In this document: in pieces, positions 1 to 13,437 of the stretch
Position numbering within the stretch: the first letter of the stretch is position 1
Layout: each line of letters starts with the position of its first letter
Origin: Klebsormidium nitens
Lineage: Eukaryota; Plantae; Klebsormidiophyceae
Direction of reading: 5' to 3'
Assembly (NCBI GenBank): GCA_000708835.1
Contig: DF237122.1
Location: 1-64,000, forward strand
DNA length: 64,000 nt
Position numbers and translations under genes: made by a program
The notes under the pieces: generated by a model
Told to the model about the DNA's origin: nothing
The model's input: the letters and a program-made list of their open reading frames with translations, nothing else
The model's database searches: none

Positions 1-1465
1 CGGCCGGATGAACCCGGCCCATCGGACGGCCGAGAAAGTTGGGGGGAATTGGAGACTCGCGCCGCCCTCGCTGCATGACTCAGTGAGTTGAGCGCAGGCC
101 GGCGCGGCGCGCGCGGCATGCAGCTAGCGCTAGCTGGACCAAGGAGCCTTTTCTTGCACCACAGGGTTTACCAGGGTTTCCAAAACAAGCAATCACAGCC
201 GCGCACTTGGCAGATATTTGCAAACCGTTTCTAGCCAACGCGTGGACAGAGAGCCTCAAAGCCGACGTGTTTTGCAGCTTCTGATTGGCTGCCATCAAGA
301 CACGGGCCCGGCCAGCTAATTGGGAAGCAAGAAACGTCTGGAAGTTTAGGCTCTGTTTGCTGACCTGTACAGGTAACGCTACCTTGGGCATGGAAACTGC
401 CAGACTTTAGGCTCCAGATTTGAGCCTGAGACTCAGAGTGTAGCAAGCAGCCCAGAACTGCAGGGCATTTCCCAGGGCCACAGCTGGAACCACTGCAGCT
501 GGAGCTCAAATTCTCAGTCACCTATTCGAAGCTCGATTTAAGGCCCAGGGCGCCCATTTCCAGAAGCACTTTCCTCTTCCATTTTGCCAGAGCCAAGCAG
601 TTTTGTGTCATCTAAGCTTCTAGCCGCCAGCGAAGCGACTGCAGGAACTGCCTCTTGACGACATCACAGTAAGGTGACGGTTGGTGTGGACAGAGCTGCC
701 GGAGCGACATCAAGTTCAAGGGAGTCAGCGGTCTAACGCATGTAGTTCACCTGCGTAGTGCCTTTTACATCGTGATGCATCTTGTTTCTCAGTTCGCTGT
801 CAAGCTTGATTTTGATAGGTCGTGGCCACTTATTGTACCTCATTGGCTCTTCTCTGTTCATTTGCATCTTGGTGTTTCATCAGAGCCGTAGAAGGTCAAG
901 AAGGCGTGGGGTTTTTGTTTAGAATGCTTAAGGGCGTCCTGAAGAAGGTTTCAGCGCCTTCCATAGTTTATCCTTGTAGATAATTGTGGGGGCAGAATGT
1001 CGTCTATACTTCCCTTTACTTCCTCAGGTTGTAGCATTAGGTGCCAGGATTTTTTCAAACAGTGACAGTTGTATGCCCTGATCGTGAGAGTGTTCCAGTG
1101 GGCGTCAGATCAAATCAGGTTGACTTTCCTTCGACGGGGATCCTCTCAGAGACGGATTCTGACCTTGAATTGCGGCCGCCCCTCTTTCACCTGTCGTTGA
1201 CTTCCATCGTAGTTGAAGTAGAGGGGTAGACTTCTCTGTGAGATCAGCTATTGATTGGCTTGAGTCTCCTTTGTCAATTGCTGCTCTGCCTTCATTTGTG
1301 GAACGTGGGCTTGGCAAAGCTGCTTGCTCTTACATTTCTCCCAGCTTCGCAAATGCTAGTTTCCCTGCGAGTCAGGAAAGATGAACGTTGCATTACTCTG
1401 AACTAAAAGAGAGTTTCTTGATCTTGCAGGTGCGTCTGAATCACCAGTACTTCACCCCCGCCGGC

Positions 1466-2871
1466 ATGAACGTTGCCGCAACAGCCCCCACGTCCAACTC
1501 TCCTGGGGGCTCCAACCAGCAGATACCCGCGCCCCCCACCGGAGAGACTCCCGCTCCACCAACAACCGTCATGGGTGGGGGTGCAGCCTTTCCTGATCCT
1601 GCAACTCAGCCCGAGGCGCCAGTCTTCAACGCTGAGAACCCCCCCCCTCAGGCGGCCCCCTTCGGAGGCCCCGCCCCTGAGCACATCTACTGGCAATACC
1701 CCAGCGCGTATCCTGGTTTCTGCCGTGGGGGTTGGGGGGTAGGCATCGTGGCAGGGGGGGTCGGGGCTGGGGGCATCACTTCGCAGGACACCCCCCTCCC
1801 CCCCCTTTCGGCCCTCCAGGTTATGGACCCCCACCCCATGAGTCAGAGCACTCCACCCCTCCCTATCATGGAGGCCCCCTGCCCNNNNNNNNNNNNNNNN
1901 NNNNNNNNNNNNNNNNNNNNNNNNNNNNNNNNNNNNNNNNNNNNNNNNNNNNNNNNNNNNNNNNNNNNNNNNNNNNNNNNNNNNNNNNNNNNNNNNNNNN
2001 NNNNNNNNNNNNNNNNNNNNNNNNNNNNNNNNNNNNNNNNNNNNNNNNNNNNNNNNNNNNNNNNNNNNNNNNNNNNNNNNNNNNNNNNNNNNNNNNNNNN
2101 NNNNNNNNNNNNNNNNNNNNNNNNNNNNNNNNNNNNNNNNNNNNNNNNNNCACCCACGGACCAGGACCCCACGGACTCCCCATCATGGTCACGGACATCA
2201 CGGCCCCCCCGGCCACAGACGGTGGTCACCGAGGGCGTCGTCATCATGGGCCGGGTCACCACGGCCCCCCCCATCGCAGACCCCCTTTCGGGGACTGGCG
2301 TGGGCACCACGCGCTCCCCCCCTTTCCCCCGCCCCACCACTGGGGTCCCCCTCCGCCCCCGCCCCACTTTCCCCCCCCACCTTTTGGTGCCCCCCCTCCT
2401 CCTTTCTTTGGCGCGACGTTCTACGCCCCGGATCACGACTGCCCCATCTGCAACGCCGAAGGGGGGGCAGCCGCGGCGAGCAGCCCGGCGGACGGCATGG
2501 AGGAGGACGAGTCTTCTGGGACGTCTGACTCTTCTGAAGCGTCCGAGGAGTCCGAGATGTACGAGCTTCATGACATCCTGGCGGGGGCGTCGTTGGCGTC
2601 ACTCCCCCTAGGAGTGGCGCCCATGCACATGCCGCGCCCCCCGTTTGGGTCGCACTTTACAGCGGGGGTGGGGGCTTTTCCGTACCCCCACCAAGGAGGT
2701 GGCTTCGCTCGCGGTGCGCATGGCCAGGGGAACGGGCCGACCAGCAGCTCGTATGCAAGCGCGAGCTCCTCTGGCGGGAAAGAGAGAGGGGCCAGCCACC
2801 AAGAGGCGACCAGCTCGGAGAGCCTGAAGAGGATGCGCCAGGAGAGCCCCCCCAGGGGCATGGAGTCCTGA
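1466..2871 (+). CDS. His/Pro/Gly-rich hypothetical protein; apparent frameshift at the G6 run 1734-1739 and interrupted by a sequence gap
   Basis: ATG at 1466 follows an acceptor-like TTGCAG at ~1424-1429. Frame A gives MNVAATAPT...YWQYPSAYPGFCRGGW. Frame B gives GGRHRGRGGRGWGHHF...DHDCPICN...GMES* and runs in register across the gap to the stop at 2871. One extra G would join the two frames. Confidence 0.6.
1885..2150. other. Assembly gap (266 N)
   Basis: Run of N inside a C-rich coding region. Confidence 0.99.
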
Positions 2872-5800
2872 GTCGAGTGTCAGGCAGGCGGAACAGAGTC
2901 TTGAGAAGATAAAGAGAGTGGAAGTGTGTGGGACGTTGTACATAGGGCAGAGTAATCTGTGGGCTGGTAGGCAAGAGAGCGGCTGCAGGCCAGCCTAGAA
3001 GGTTGCACATCAATGACGGGAAGGGCAGGCTAGGGTTATGAAAGTACGCTAGTTAGGTTTCTAGATTGCTACCGTGAAAAGTTAAATTGACGTTGGAGCA
3101 GAAGGCAATACAACGTAGTCACCGCAACCTGAGACGCTCCCTAAAGACGACGAACCTCAGGAGAGTTTCTTCGCTTTCGGCTCATGATTTAGGGCAGCCT
3201 CCGTTGCTACACTCAACTTGGGCCATAGTTATACTCATGAGCGACTCGGATTTTATCGTTTTTGTGTCAAAAAAAAGTAGTATAATAGGTTACTTTGAAC
3301 AACAAACATCATTTTGGTGTATCTCGCGATCTCGTCCAGTTCTTTCCTTTCAGTGAAGTTTGGCACAGTTTCATAAATGTGTTTCCATCATGTGTGGACC
3401 GATCATGCATGTATATGCCAGTGCGTTTTGCATTATGAATCATGAGTGACTTTGCCCGATCCCTTGTATAAAACTTTGCAAGCATGATGCAAGTCTGAAT
3501 TAGACTGTCGCAGTGACACGCGTCACTCGATCATATGGCGGCGCAGCAAAATCTAGCTTGTGCTCCGTGCATTCTGATTACATAGTACACGCCCGCGCAG
3601 ATCCGAATGATATCATGTTTGCACGCCAGCATATGTATGACGGTTGCACCGTGTGTGCATAAAATATGTCGGATGCTGTACAGTCATGCTATACCGTAAT
3701 CCGGATCATGTTAGCTAGTATATTCAAGAGTTTATTATGGGACCTGCATTGAAATGCAATGCAATTGCAGGGCGAATGCGTGACTTGCATGATCACGCGT
3801 CAATAAGACGGCCCGCTGCATCCTAGGCAAAGTCTGCAGCTTGTTGACGCACATGTCGCGGCGCAATCGGACCCAAGCACAGTCGCCGCCTGGATCATAA
3901 AGTTTGTACAGCATTGATCACATGGTTGTGATGGCCGGTCGAAAGCCCTGTACGTATGATTTCTGCATGTCAAGCGCCTGCATGAAAGCACGAGATGATT
4001 GGCGCACAGTTGACAAATACTACCTACCGATGAGCCTTGCGTCCCGGCTCTGGGCGACTACCTAGTGGGCAAGCCGTTAAGCTGCAGGTGCGCAAAAGTA
4101 AATGGCCCGAGAATGGAAGTCAAAGATATCACTTCTGATACTTTTCTTGATCTATCAAAGATGCATCTACATGGGTTGTTGCATGAGAGCCAACTTGTAC
4201 ATATCTGCATATTATACTCGAGTCAATAATCAAGCACGTATGCCCGAGTGATACGCTGTGTATGCGCACGTGCGCACTCCGTGATTGGTACGACAAACGA
4301 GCTTGTTCAAGCCCACTTCGTTTTCGCATCAAGGTCATGACCGGCATGAACAATCTGTTTGTCGTCCTGTTCTTTATGATGTGGGTCTGAGTATGAGAAT
4401 GATTGGAAATGTTCGAGCATCTGATCTTGTATTGACATATTATAGACATGCTGCGTTTTGACAGCCGCTCAAACGTACATGAGCAGGACAACAGCCTCCA
4501 GTCGACGCAGATGTATCCGTCTAGTCTAAACGTGGCCGCTCGCAGTTCGAGAGTGCATTCTCAAAGGAAAGTGAGACCAGACTGGTTCTTATTCAGGCCG
4601 CACATCAAGTGCGCGCATCTCAAGGGTTACTTTTAATGGAGACAGTTGGGTAGCACATCATGATTTGCTTTGAACTTGAACTCGTAGATTTAAGTTGTGC
4701 CTGGCTTCCTTTCGTTACTCCGCCGTAGTAGGCGCTGCAGCCATACAGCAAGCGTGTGACAACGTCGGCTCTACGAAGCAGACAAACAAGTGCCTAAGGA
4801 TGGTCGCTAAAGACGACATATGTTCTTCGCATGGCGCATAAATATACGAGAGGTTTCGTCGGCTACCTGTGTTTCTTGTCTTGCAGGAAGGGGGCCAGAA
4901 CTGTGCAATTCTCCACTCCCTACCTTCACGCAGATCATTGCGACGCATTGGCCGCAGATATTGCGGCTCTGGATCGACCTAACTTGGATGAAGGAAACCT
5001 TTTGACGAATACAATCGCAAGCAGGACCAACCAGGAAAGTACTGCAAGAGGAGTCTACGAAATTATATTTTGGAAAGCACGTCAACAATCTTTCTCAGCC
5101 CGTTCTCGACTTATTGCACCTTTTAAGGTCCACCGGATCGACCTGGCCACTGGACGTGTTGGGCGGAATATAGTAACGTCCGCTTCTGGAGTTGTGGAGC
5201 GACTCACAAAACCTCTGGCTCATCCGCTCTTCAGGTCATTTGAGGCAGAGAAATGATTCAAAGCGTGGAATTGGGAACTTCCGAATAGGGCCGGGCCTCC
5301 GGCCTGTGCCAAATCCACCGACGTCAATAGCATTTTGTTCTGAGACACATCAGCCAGTGGCGTAGGTGCTAACATATTCTCAGGTGGCATGTTACTAGTT
5401 TACTTCGAAGTTGTTGATTTCAAGGGCTTGAATGGATGGTTTCATGATATCATGACAATTTTCTTGGTCAGATTGCGAGTTCCGACAGGAGACATGGGTA
5501 CATGAAACCCGTGCATCAGAATGTCTGAACCATACAATTGTTTTTATTGGTTATTCAATCAGTCGGATGCAACATCAAATTCGATGTTTTGAGGCGGTAT
5601 CTTACCTGTCCCTTACAGAAATGCGGTTTCTTTGGCGTCCAGCGGCCGGTTCCAACGAGCAGGAAGGGGCCGGTTGCGTCCCAACGTCTTAGAGATTGTG
5701 GCCACCTTAGCCACTGTACTTGGAACGTCGGTTGCAGAGACATTCACTTTGCAATGCCCGGCCGCTCGCATCCGATGCGAACTTGAAACGATCCGCGAGC

Positions 5801-6245
5801 TAGCGTATGGCGGCTACTTCCGGCAAAAATCTCTGTGAAGTTGAAGTGTTGTTTTTGAGATCTGGGAACAGACCAAGTACTAATGTGCCGAGGCCTGCAT
5901 GAGGTTCAGTCATTTTCATCGACTTAACAAACTTCCGATATCAACGGTCCTGTCTTATTCTGGCATTCTTGACAGAGTGCCACAGGCACTGAGCTTCAAG
6001 TGGCCTGTGGGCCGGCACGCCACTGTGGCTTACAAAATAAATATAGTAGCTTCCTATGGCGTGCACGTGCTCTTGGGGCCGCCACTGCAGGCTATGGGCC
6101 TGGGCTAGCTGGCGGGCCGTCCGCGACCACGCCTCGACGACGCCGCATCGGCCGGCGGCCGCCCACCTTAGATCGCGCGGCCGGGCTTTGAACTATCTAT
6201 GACCGTCGATCCCGTTCCGACGGCCGAGAGTTCTACTCGAATCTT

Positions 6246-6408
6246 GAAAGTTCGTGAAAGTTCTGGGACAAGTTGAACCTAGAACCATCGATGAGCTTCT
6301 AGAAGCTGATCGACGGTTCTAGACCCGCACTGCAGACTTTCAGTCACAGTGCACTCTGACTCAAGTCATGAGCTACGAATGTCGCGCAGCTTTGCAAGCG
6401 CTATAAAA
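6246..6408 (+). promoter_or_regulatory. Heat-shock promoter: HSE array plus TATA box
   Basis: GAAagTTCgtGAAagTTC (6246-6263) is a perfect 4-unit nGAAn inverted array. Palindrome AGCTTCTAGAAGCT at 6294-6307. TATAAAA at 6402-6408, ~155 bp upstream of the sHSP ATG. Confidence 0.85.
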
Positions 6409-6561
6409 CCCTCCTGCTCTCAGACGTCAAGCTCATTCATTCCAGAAACGTTTTCGCAAGCAATCACAGCAGCTTCAGCGACTCTTCAGCGCCTCCAAGA
6501 GACCACCGCCCCCGCTTTGACCATCTTAATTCAAGCAAGCATCAACCACAGCATCAGCACT

Positions 6562-7573
6562 ATGGCTCTAGCCGCCCTCCTCAGCCGTCACTGGGACCCC
6601 GCCTTCGTCATGCAAGCCGAGTGTGACTGCGACCCCTGTGCCTGCAATCCAGCAGCTCAGCCTCAAGCCCCAGCTGCTTTTGCACCGGTGGACGTGCGCG
6701 AGACTGAAGAGGCTTATGAGTTTGAGATGGAGGTACCGGGGCTGAACAAGGATCAAGTCAAGGTGAAGCTGGAGCAGCAGGGGAGAGTCCTTGTGCTCAG
6801 TGGCGAGAGGGAGCAGCAGAAGAAGCTACCGGGCCAAAAGTACCACAGGTAAGTTCTGATAAAGTCAAACAATTGATTGCTCTTGAATGAAGAATCTGCA
6901 TAAGTCTTGTATTACTTGCTCTGCAGTGATCCTCATAGGTAGGAGGTGAGCTTTGCGGAAGTAACTCTCATTCTTTTCTGAAGCCCAGTACTGATGACGA
7001 GCTTGGAAAAGGGTGAAGTAGTGACGTTCTGAGGGGGGGAAGAATTCGTCTTGAGAGGGATAAGAGTTTGGAGGATTGGGCAAAGCAAGGAAGGGACTAT
7101 CATAATGAGAGTAGGTTGATCAGGTCAGGGGAAAGTATGGTATCTGTCAGCTGAACTTTTGCTTTTCTGGACCACTACCACAAGTGTTCTGATTCCGAGG
7201 TGTAGCCTCTCAAGTTTTGAGTTCGGTCGTTTTAAGACCATCTGTTTTAAGGTGCTCGTGTTGAGTGCGGGTATGAGAACATGGCTGAAGTTGCGGGGAA
7301 CTTTTTCTTATACAGCACTCTTTCTGTAAAACGGAGTGCTCGATTTTGTATTCTTGCTAAACGACTCTTTAATAGGTCCTGACCCGACTCTTTCTTGATC
7401 GTTGCAGAGTGGAGAGGTCGCGGGGCAACTTCGAGAGGAAGTTCCGGCTACCAAAGGACGCCAACGGCGAGGATGTGAAGGCAGCCGTCAAGGACGGCGT
7501 GCTGTCCGTCCACGTGGCCAAGAGAAAGGCACAGGAGCCGAAAGTGATCACTGTTGAGGTTCAGGAAAGCTAA
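6562..7573 (+). CDS. Small heat-shock protein (HSP20/alpha-crystallin domain); join(6562..6848,7408..7573)
   Basis: APVDVRETEEAYEFEMEVPGLNKDQVKV...LVLSGER...YHR|VERSRGNFERKFRLP...DVKAAVKDGVLSVHVAK. The GT-AG phase-2 intron restores the frame. Confidence 0.95.
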
Positions 7574-9465
7574 ATTATATAGGCCTCTCATATATTTGAA
7601 CGTAGGAGATGGGGTAAAAGCGTACAGTCTTGTTTGTTATATTGGTTGGGAGAGACTAGACGTGTCCGTCCAGTCACCATGCCTGGATTGCACCATCCGA
7701 GTAGAGTGCGATGCTGATAGACCGAGCAGAAAGAGACAGCTGTTGATAACAAAAGTACAGACTTGTCTGCACAGATGTACCCTCGGCTCTTGAGGTGATC
7801 TTATAAATCCATTTTGTGCCATACGCAACGTGTACCGTTGGCGAAGACGTTCTCCAGCTTTCACACAGGCCGACTCGTTTCTTGTAAATCCTACCCGTGT
7901 TGTGACCGACCTGATTATTCGATGATGGGACATCGCACTTGCATCGTTGGTGCAGAAATGTTTGACGGCCGCTGTTGAGCGTCTCCTCAAATGCCTGTGT
8001 CTCCTTGTCTTGAAGATCCTGAAGTATGTCATCTTGAAAGGAGAGATCACTGTCGAGCTTCAGTGGCTTGCTCCATTATTCGCGGTTGACATCGCTTCGT
8101 TTCAATATTACAATGGCTTCCTGAGAAGCCCTGCGTCTTACAACTTTGTTCACACTAAGACATGAATCCGACACTTCTGTATGGAGGACATCCTCAATCA
8201 AAGCTGTGAAGTCAGGATACAAAACGAGTGCTTTCGCAGCTGAACACTTCCGTGAGACATCACAATTGTGTTTGTCTGTTTTAAGCTGCGGCGTGCATTT
8301 TCGCAGCGGCTCGGTGAGCCTGACTTTCAGAGACAACCTCAGATAACGAACATGAGGAGAAGCACCTTGAATATAGGCCACAACTCATGGCATGATGCTG
8401 CACATTAAGTCGGTTTTGAGACTCAAGCGCTCAGATAATGTACGAAGAGTCGACTGAATACCCAGTGGTGAAACAAGCACCTGTCTCGTCACATCCCAAT
8501 CTTTAAAAGGAGAATATTTTGAAAGTCAAAGGGGTCACCAGGTCAAAGGGAATCGCAGAACGAATCCCGTGTGTTGAAGAGCTTTCATGCCAGGTGCTCT
8601 TCGACGAATGTTTCCGATAAAGGCTTCTATATTACTCCAAGGTCCAAGCCGCCTTCTTCATTTGTATGGTGAGCGTACGTCCGTCTATTGGATCAAGTGT
8701 ACTTGCGCTTCTCAAATTCAGGCTATATTGATGCCCCTCGACCGGGAAGTCTGGGTCTTTGTATCGCAGCAAGGCGCCCGAAATCTGTCGAACTCGGAGC
8801 AACTGTAACGATGTCAAAACCGCTTCTTTCAAGGCTCGATTGATGCTCGTCCATCTAATTCGTCTTGTTCGTCTCTAAAGCTTGCGGGGCTTTTAGAAGC
8901 TCGCGACCGCCGTGAACCACCCTGCGAGAAGAAAGGGGCACAAGATTACGACGATTCGGACTGATCATTGGAAAAAGCCGTCACGTTTTTATGTTATGAA
9001 ATGAAATGCATCGCAAAACGGTTTGCGTACTCGGCCCGCGACGGCAGCGTTCACATGGCTCCGACACGGCTCGAGTCATTCCGTTCACCCCGTTGTCCCT
9101 TGTCCGCCGTTTTACCGTTCCAGTTTGTAAGCGGGTTTATCTTGGGTTTACTTCTGTCAAGCGCATGAAACACGTATGCAAATATTGCAGTGCCGCAGAA
9201 AGCAGTGTGGATGGAGACACTGACTTGAAGCGCGCGTGTAGGGGAGCAGACACGAACGATCGGAACCATCCCTGCTTGAGGCCTCACGAGTAGGTATGCC
9301 CTATCGCGACGAGAGCGACGTAACCCCGACTGATTAGGTTCCGAGCATGCAGAACCTCATTAATCCAGAACCAGGTGGACAAGCTCTCGGTCTGCCCACA
9401 AAACGAGAAGGGCATATTTCGATCATCTTCACCGAAGAGAGCGTAACAAAAGGGGCCCCTTTTAC

Positions 9466-12400
9466 CTGTTCTTGTGAAGGGGGCTCCTGCCCCGAGTCGT
9501 ACTCGGAGACTTCTTCATAGCCCCGCTCGGAGCAGCCGCCAGATCCCCATCACTTTCCGTCCCCTCGTTCCGTTCCGTTCTCCTCGATCCGCCCGTCAGC
9601 CCGGAACGCGCGGCCGCCTGTTGCGCGACGCGGCTCGCCCACCCGCTCGACGCCGGCCGCCCGCTAACGTCAGACGCGCGCGCTTCCTCGGCGCGTGATG
9701 CGCGCGCGGAAAGCGCCGCCAGCTTGCCCGTAATCCTTCGCCACAGGCGCTTGATGGCGGCCGCGCCGCGCGGGGGCCGGGCGACAGGTGCAGGGTTTAA
9801 GGGTTCCGGGTCTGAGTCGGCGTCGAGAGAAGCTGCGCGGCCGTGCAAAGTGGGGCGGCGCTCCAGGTTGATGGCCATCTGCGAAAGGGACGGTGGACAA
9901 GAGTGTGGAACTCCTATGAAACTGCAACCAGGTTTGGTAGCTCTCTTCTGGTGGTCGTCGCTAGCTCTTTTACCGGATTTCGAATGAGTGTGACTCGTAC
10001 AGAAGAGCAGCCAGAGAACCGAAACGATAATAATACCGCTACGCAAAGGTCCATGTAAGACATCCTAGATATAGAAAAGAGAAAACCTGGTTTTGAATTC
10101 GGGGCAGAACATCCTAGTTTTCCACAGTACTTCTGTATCGAGATGAGTACTACTGCAAGTACATCGCAACTCTTGCATCCTTGGAAGCAAAAGATCCTTG
10201 GGAGCATTCTCGTTAATCTAGGCGATCCACTGTTTGGACGAATGTCTGGTTCTGCGGTGGGATCGAAAAGCAAGCCTGTCCAGGAAATCCTATCGAAGAG
10301 CGGAACGAAACTTAGAAAAGTCGAAAAGCATACAATCTGCAGTTAGTGTGCAATTCTTCCTCATTGTGTACTTCTTCTTCTTGCTTTCACCTTGTTCGAG
10401 TGACGCTCTCACCTCAATCCAGAAAGCCCCTCTCACCATGGCGCAGGTTCGACCTGTAAAACGAACTCGGACCAAGAAACTTGCCTACCTTCTTGTCATT
10501 GCTCTTCAGGCCCAACCAAACGACCGCTTTCTTCATGCTCCGCTTCGCGCCCGCCCACCCCTTTAAAACCGACCGCTTCCCGCCGCGCCTGGTTGCAACC
10601 CACACGCTTTCCTCTCCCCCCACTCGCCCCGCGAGCGCCTGCGAAGTCTCTCGCTCGTCCCCGAGACCCTTAGCCGATTTTTGGGCCCCGCGAATTTCGG
10701 CCTCCGGGGTAAGGTAGTTCTCGTGCGAGCGCCACTCTCGATTGCCCGCCAGCTCCGCGATCGACTGCGCGAGGTCCGTTTCCGTTCCCGTTTCCGATTC
10801 CGTTCTCCGGTTTCTTCTTCTGTCTCTCTCGGGCGACCGGTTGTTTCTTCCAGCTGATAGTCCCTGCTCCTGACCGGTATACTCTTCCGAGAGGGACCGG
10901 TAGTTCGCCCCGACACCGACCGGCTGGCCGCGGTCGTCGAGCTCCAGCCCCTTTCGGCTAAAGTACGAGCTGGTTCTGACCGGGGGTTCCGGTTTCGGTA
11001 CCGCTGCCCTTTCCGCCGATCTGCGGGGAATCTCCTTCTCAATTGACCGGCCCCAATCGCCCGACGTCTTTTCTGCGTCTCGTTCGTCATCGTACGGATT
11101 TACGCTGTCTTCGACCTCCTGCGTATCGACGCTTTGAGAGGGGTAAAACAAACTACCAAACGCCACGTTCAAATTCCGCTCCCCTCTTCCGTTCGAAAAC
11201 GGGTTGTTCACAGGACGGGTCTTTCTTCCTTCGACCGACACTCCGCCCTCAACTTTGCGGCTTTCTGCATTTTTCGAATCAACTTCCAGCCCCCGTTTCT
11301 CTTCTTTTAAACCGCCTCCGGCGCGCGGATCTGAGTGCAGGTCTTTCAGCGACTTTTGAATGGCAGCCCACTTCGCCTCGGGCGGCAAACCCCCCAAGCC
11401 CGCGCGCTCAGCCGGCCGCGCGGCGCGCACGCGCGCGCTCCCGACCGCCCCAAAGGACACCCGCTTTGCGTTACTCTTTTCGACCTCGCTCCCCTGCCTG
11501 ACGTCAGCACCGGGAGCCGAATCCAGAGTCTCATCCGCGGACTCTGCGCCCGGTTCTTCCTCCCGGTTCGTTTTACCAATGACGCGGACTACGCTCTCTG
11601 GGCGCCACAGCTCGAAGGAGAGATCCGTTGTCTGCGCAGGATTCCGCGGGTCCGCTTCTTTGAGCGGAACCCCGGAAGCGGGTTCTTTGTCCCGTGACAG
11701 CCCGGAGTAGATGCTGCGGAGCGCGCGAGCGGAGCGCACTCCGGGGGACTCTGCTGCGGTCAGCGTCACGTCACGGGGATTGACGTGCCTGGACAAGCGG
11801 AGCGGTCATGTGGGCATACCAATCGGTGAAATTTGGTTTACCGTTCAGAAGAAAACGCGCTCACTTTCCAAAACTGAGGCAATGGGCTCACAATTCAAAA
11901 GGCCCCCGGTGGTTAAGCTGGTCTGAAATAGTGCTCTCAGAACGCATTGTTGTAAGCTGTATGAAACAACTGAGATGCGACCGCAAAACTAACGATCACC
12001 TTTTGGGATCGAAAGCTTCTGCAATTCTGACGTACTACAGGATTCTCGGATAGCAGCCAAACATCCGGCGGCTTCGTAACATTGAATCTTGAGAAAAGGG
12101 ATGAACCTGCTCTCCAAATTGGGTCTCCGCCACGTTAGAGAGATCGGTTTCTACCTTCAAAAGCGTCGAGTTCGTCAACAGTCGATTATCCTTACGCTCC
12201 AGCATCATTCAATTCACTTATCGGGCAGATTGCTTTCGAGCTCACCGCTTTGAATCGTTACTCCATGGACTGGTACCACTCCTCCCATTCAAATATCTCA
12301 TCAGTTTACTGCTCTCGTCCTGTTTTTGCGTTCAAAAGTTCTCTCGAGCATACGTTTTCGAAATGCTCAGAGAACGTACCTGTCAATCAGCGACACGTTT

Positions 12401-13437
12401 TCCTGGTCCACCAGCCTCGCTCGCGTATCCGAAACGGGGCTCCCTCTTATGTCATACGCTGCGGACGCTCGCGCGCCTACCGTTGCAAACTTGGCCCGCC
12501 GGTCCGTACCGCCCGGGCCCCGGTACTCACCCCCGGTCAGCCTTCCCTCTGCAGAAACCCTCCTTTCGTCTAGTTCTCCGAGCGCTTTATTCGGCTCCAG
12601 TTCCTCCGGGCTCTCCCAGTTGAGCGCTTCATAAGCGCAGAGGCGCTCGTGAAACATTGACCGGGGGGGACCAACCGACCGTCTCTGACTGCCCCGGTAC
12701 TGCTCCGTGACGTCATCCTCCGACTCCGAGCCGCTGTAACCGGGCGGAGCGCTCGCTCTAGTTCTTCGTATTACCGGAAAGTTTCTCTCAGGAAGGTCGA
12801 AGAGCTCGGGCGTCGGGAGATTGAACGGCTGATTGTCTGCTTCTGGACTTCGTCTCCCCGTTTTCCCTGCCACGACGCTGAGGGAGCCCACAGCAGACGG
12901 ACCGTTCCGCTCCGGAACGATGCCTGAGACAGGTTCGGACACGTGGCTGTCCGCGAGAAGTCCCGTTGACACTCCAAGTTTGTGAAAGTTTTCCTCAGGC
13001 TTACCCAACACCTGCTCAGGATTGGTAATGCGGGAACTGTCTGCCTCCTGCTCAGTGAAGAACGCCCCTCCTTCCTCCGGCGACATGACAGCGTGTTTCT
13101 GCGCCTCGAAGTCGCCAAGAACCTGCGCCGCCTCCCGAAACGAGAGCTTCTTCGCCGGTTGCCCAGGGCGTTCCTGCGCTCCCTTCTGGGTTGGACTCTC
13201 CGGGCCCTGTTTTTCAGTCGGTAGATCCTTGACCAACTGTTTTTCCGCGAAGTACTGGGAGGTAGCTCGCCTGAGCAAGGCCCGCTGCTTAAAAGGCAGT
13301 CTGGCGGGTCTGGAGAAGCGCTTCTCTGATTCTTCGGCTGAGCGCAGGTTTGAGGGGTGCGCTTCCTGATGCGGCGGAGTGTGTGGCTCTTCGAACCCTA
13401 GATCAGGAAAGCTTGGCTTAAGATCGGGCTTCGACAT
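9466..13437 (-). CDS. Large, mostly disordered hypothetical protein; exons ~13437..12380, 11788..10489, 9878..9466; 3' end unresolved
   Basis: Three long ORFs join in phase through GT-AG sites (GAC AG|G CAC; AAG|ATG). A further donor at 9465 shows the gene continues. No recognisable domain in these exons. Confidence 0.55.

Noticed and set aside
1843-2943. Several minus-strand ORFs over the His/Pro-rich gene
   Set aside because: Antisense shadows of a GC-rich coding sequence
4129-5838. Cluster of 60-140 aa ORFs upstream of the sHSP
   Set aside because: No consistent splice model or motifs; treated as intergenic, though a decayed element cannot be excluded
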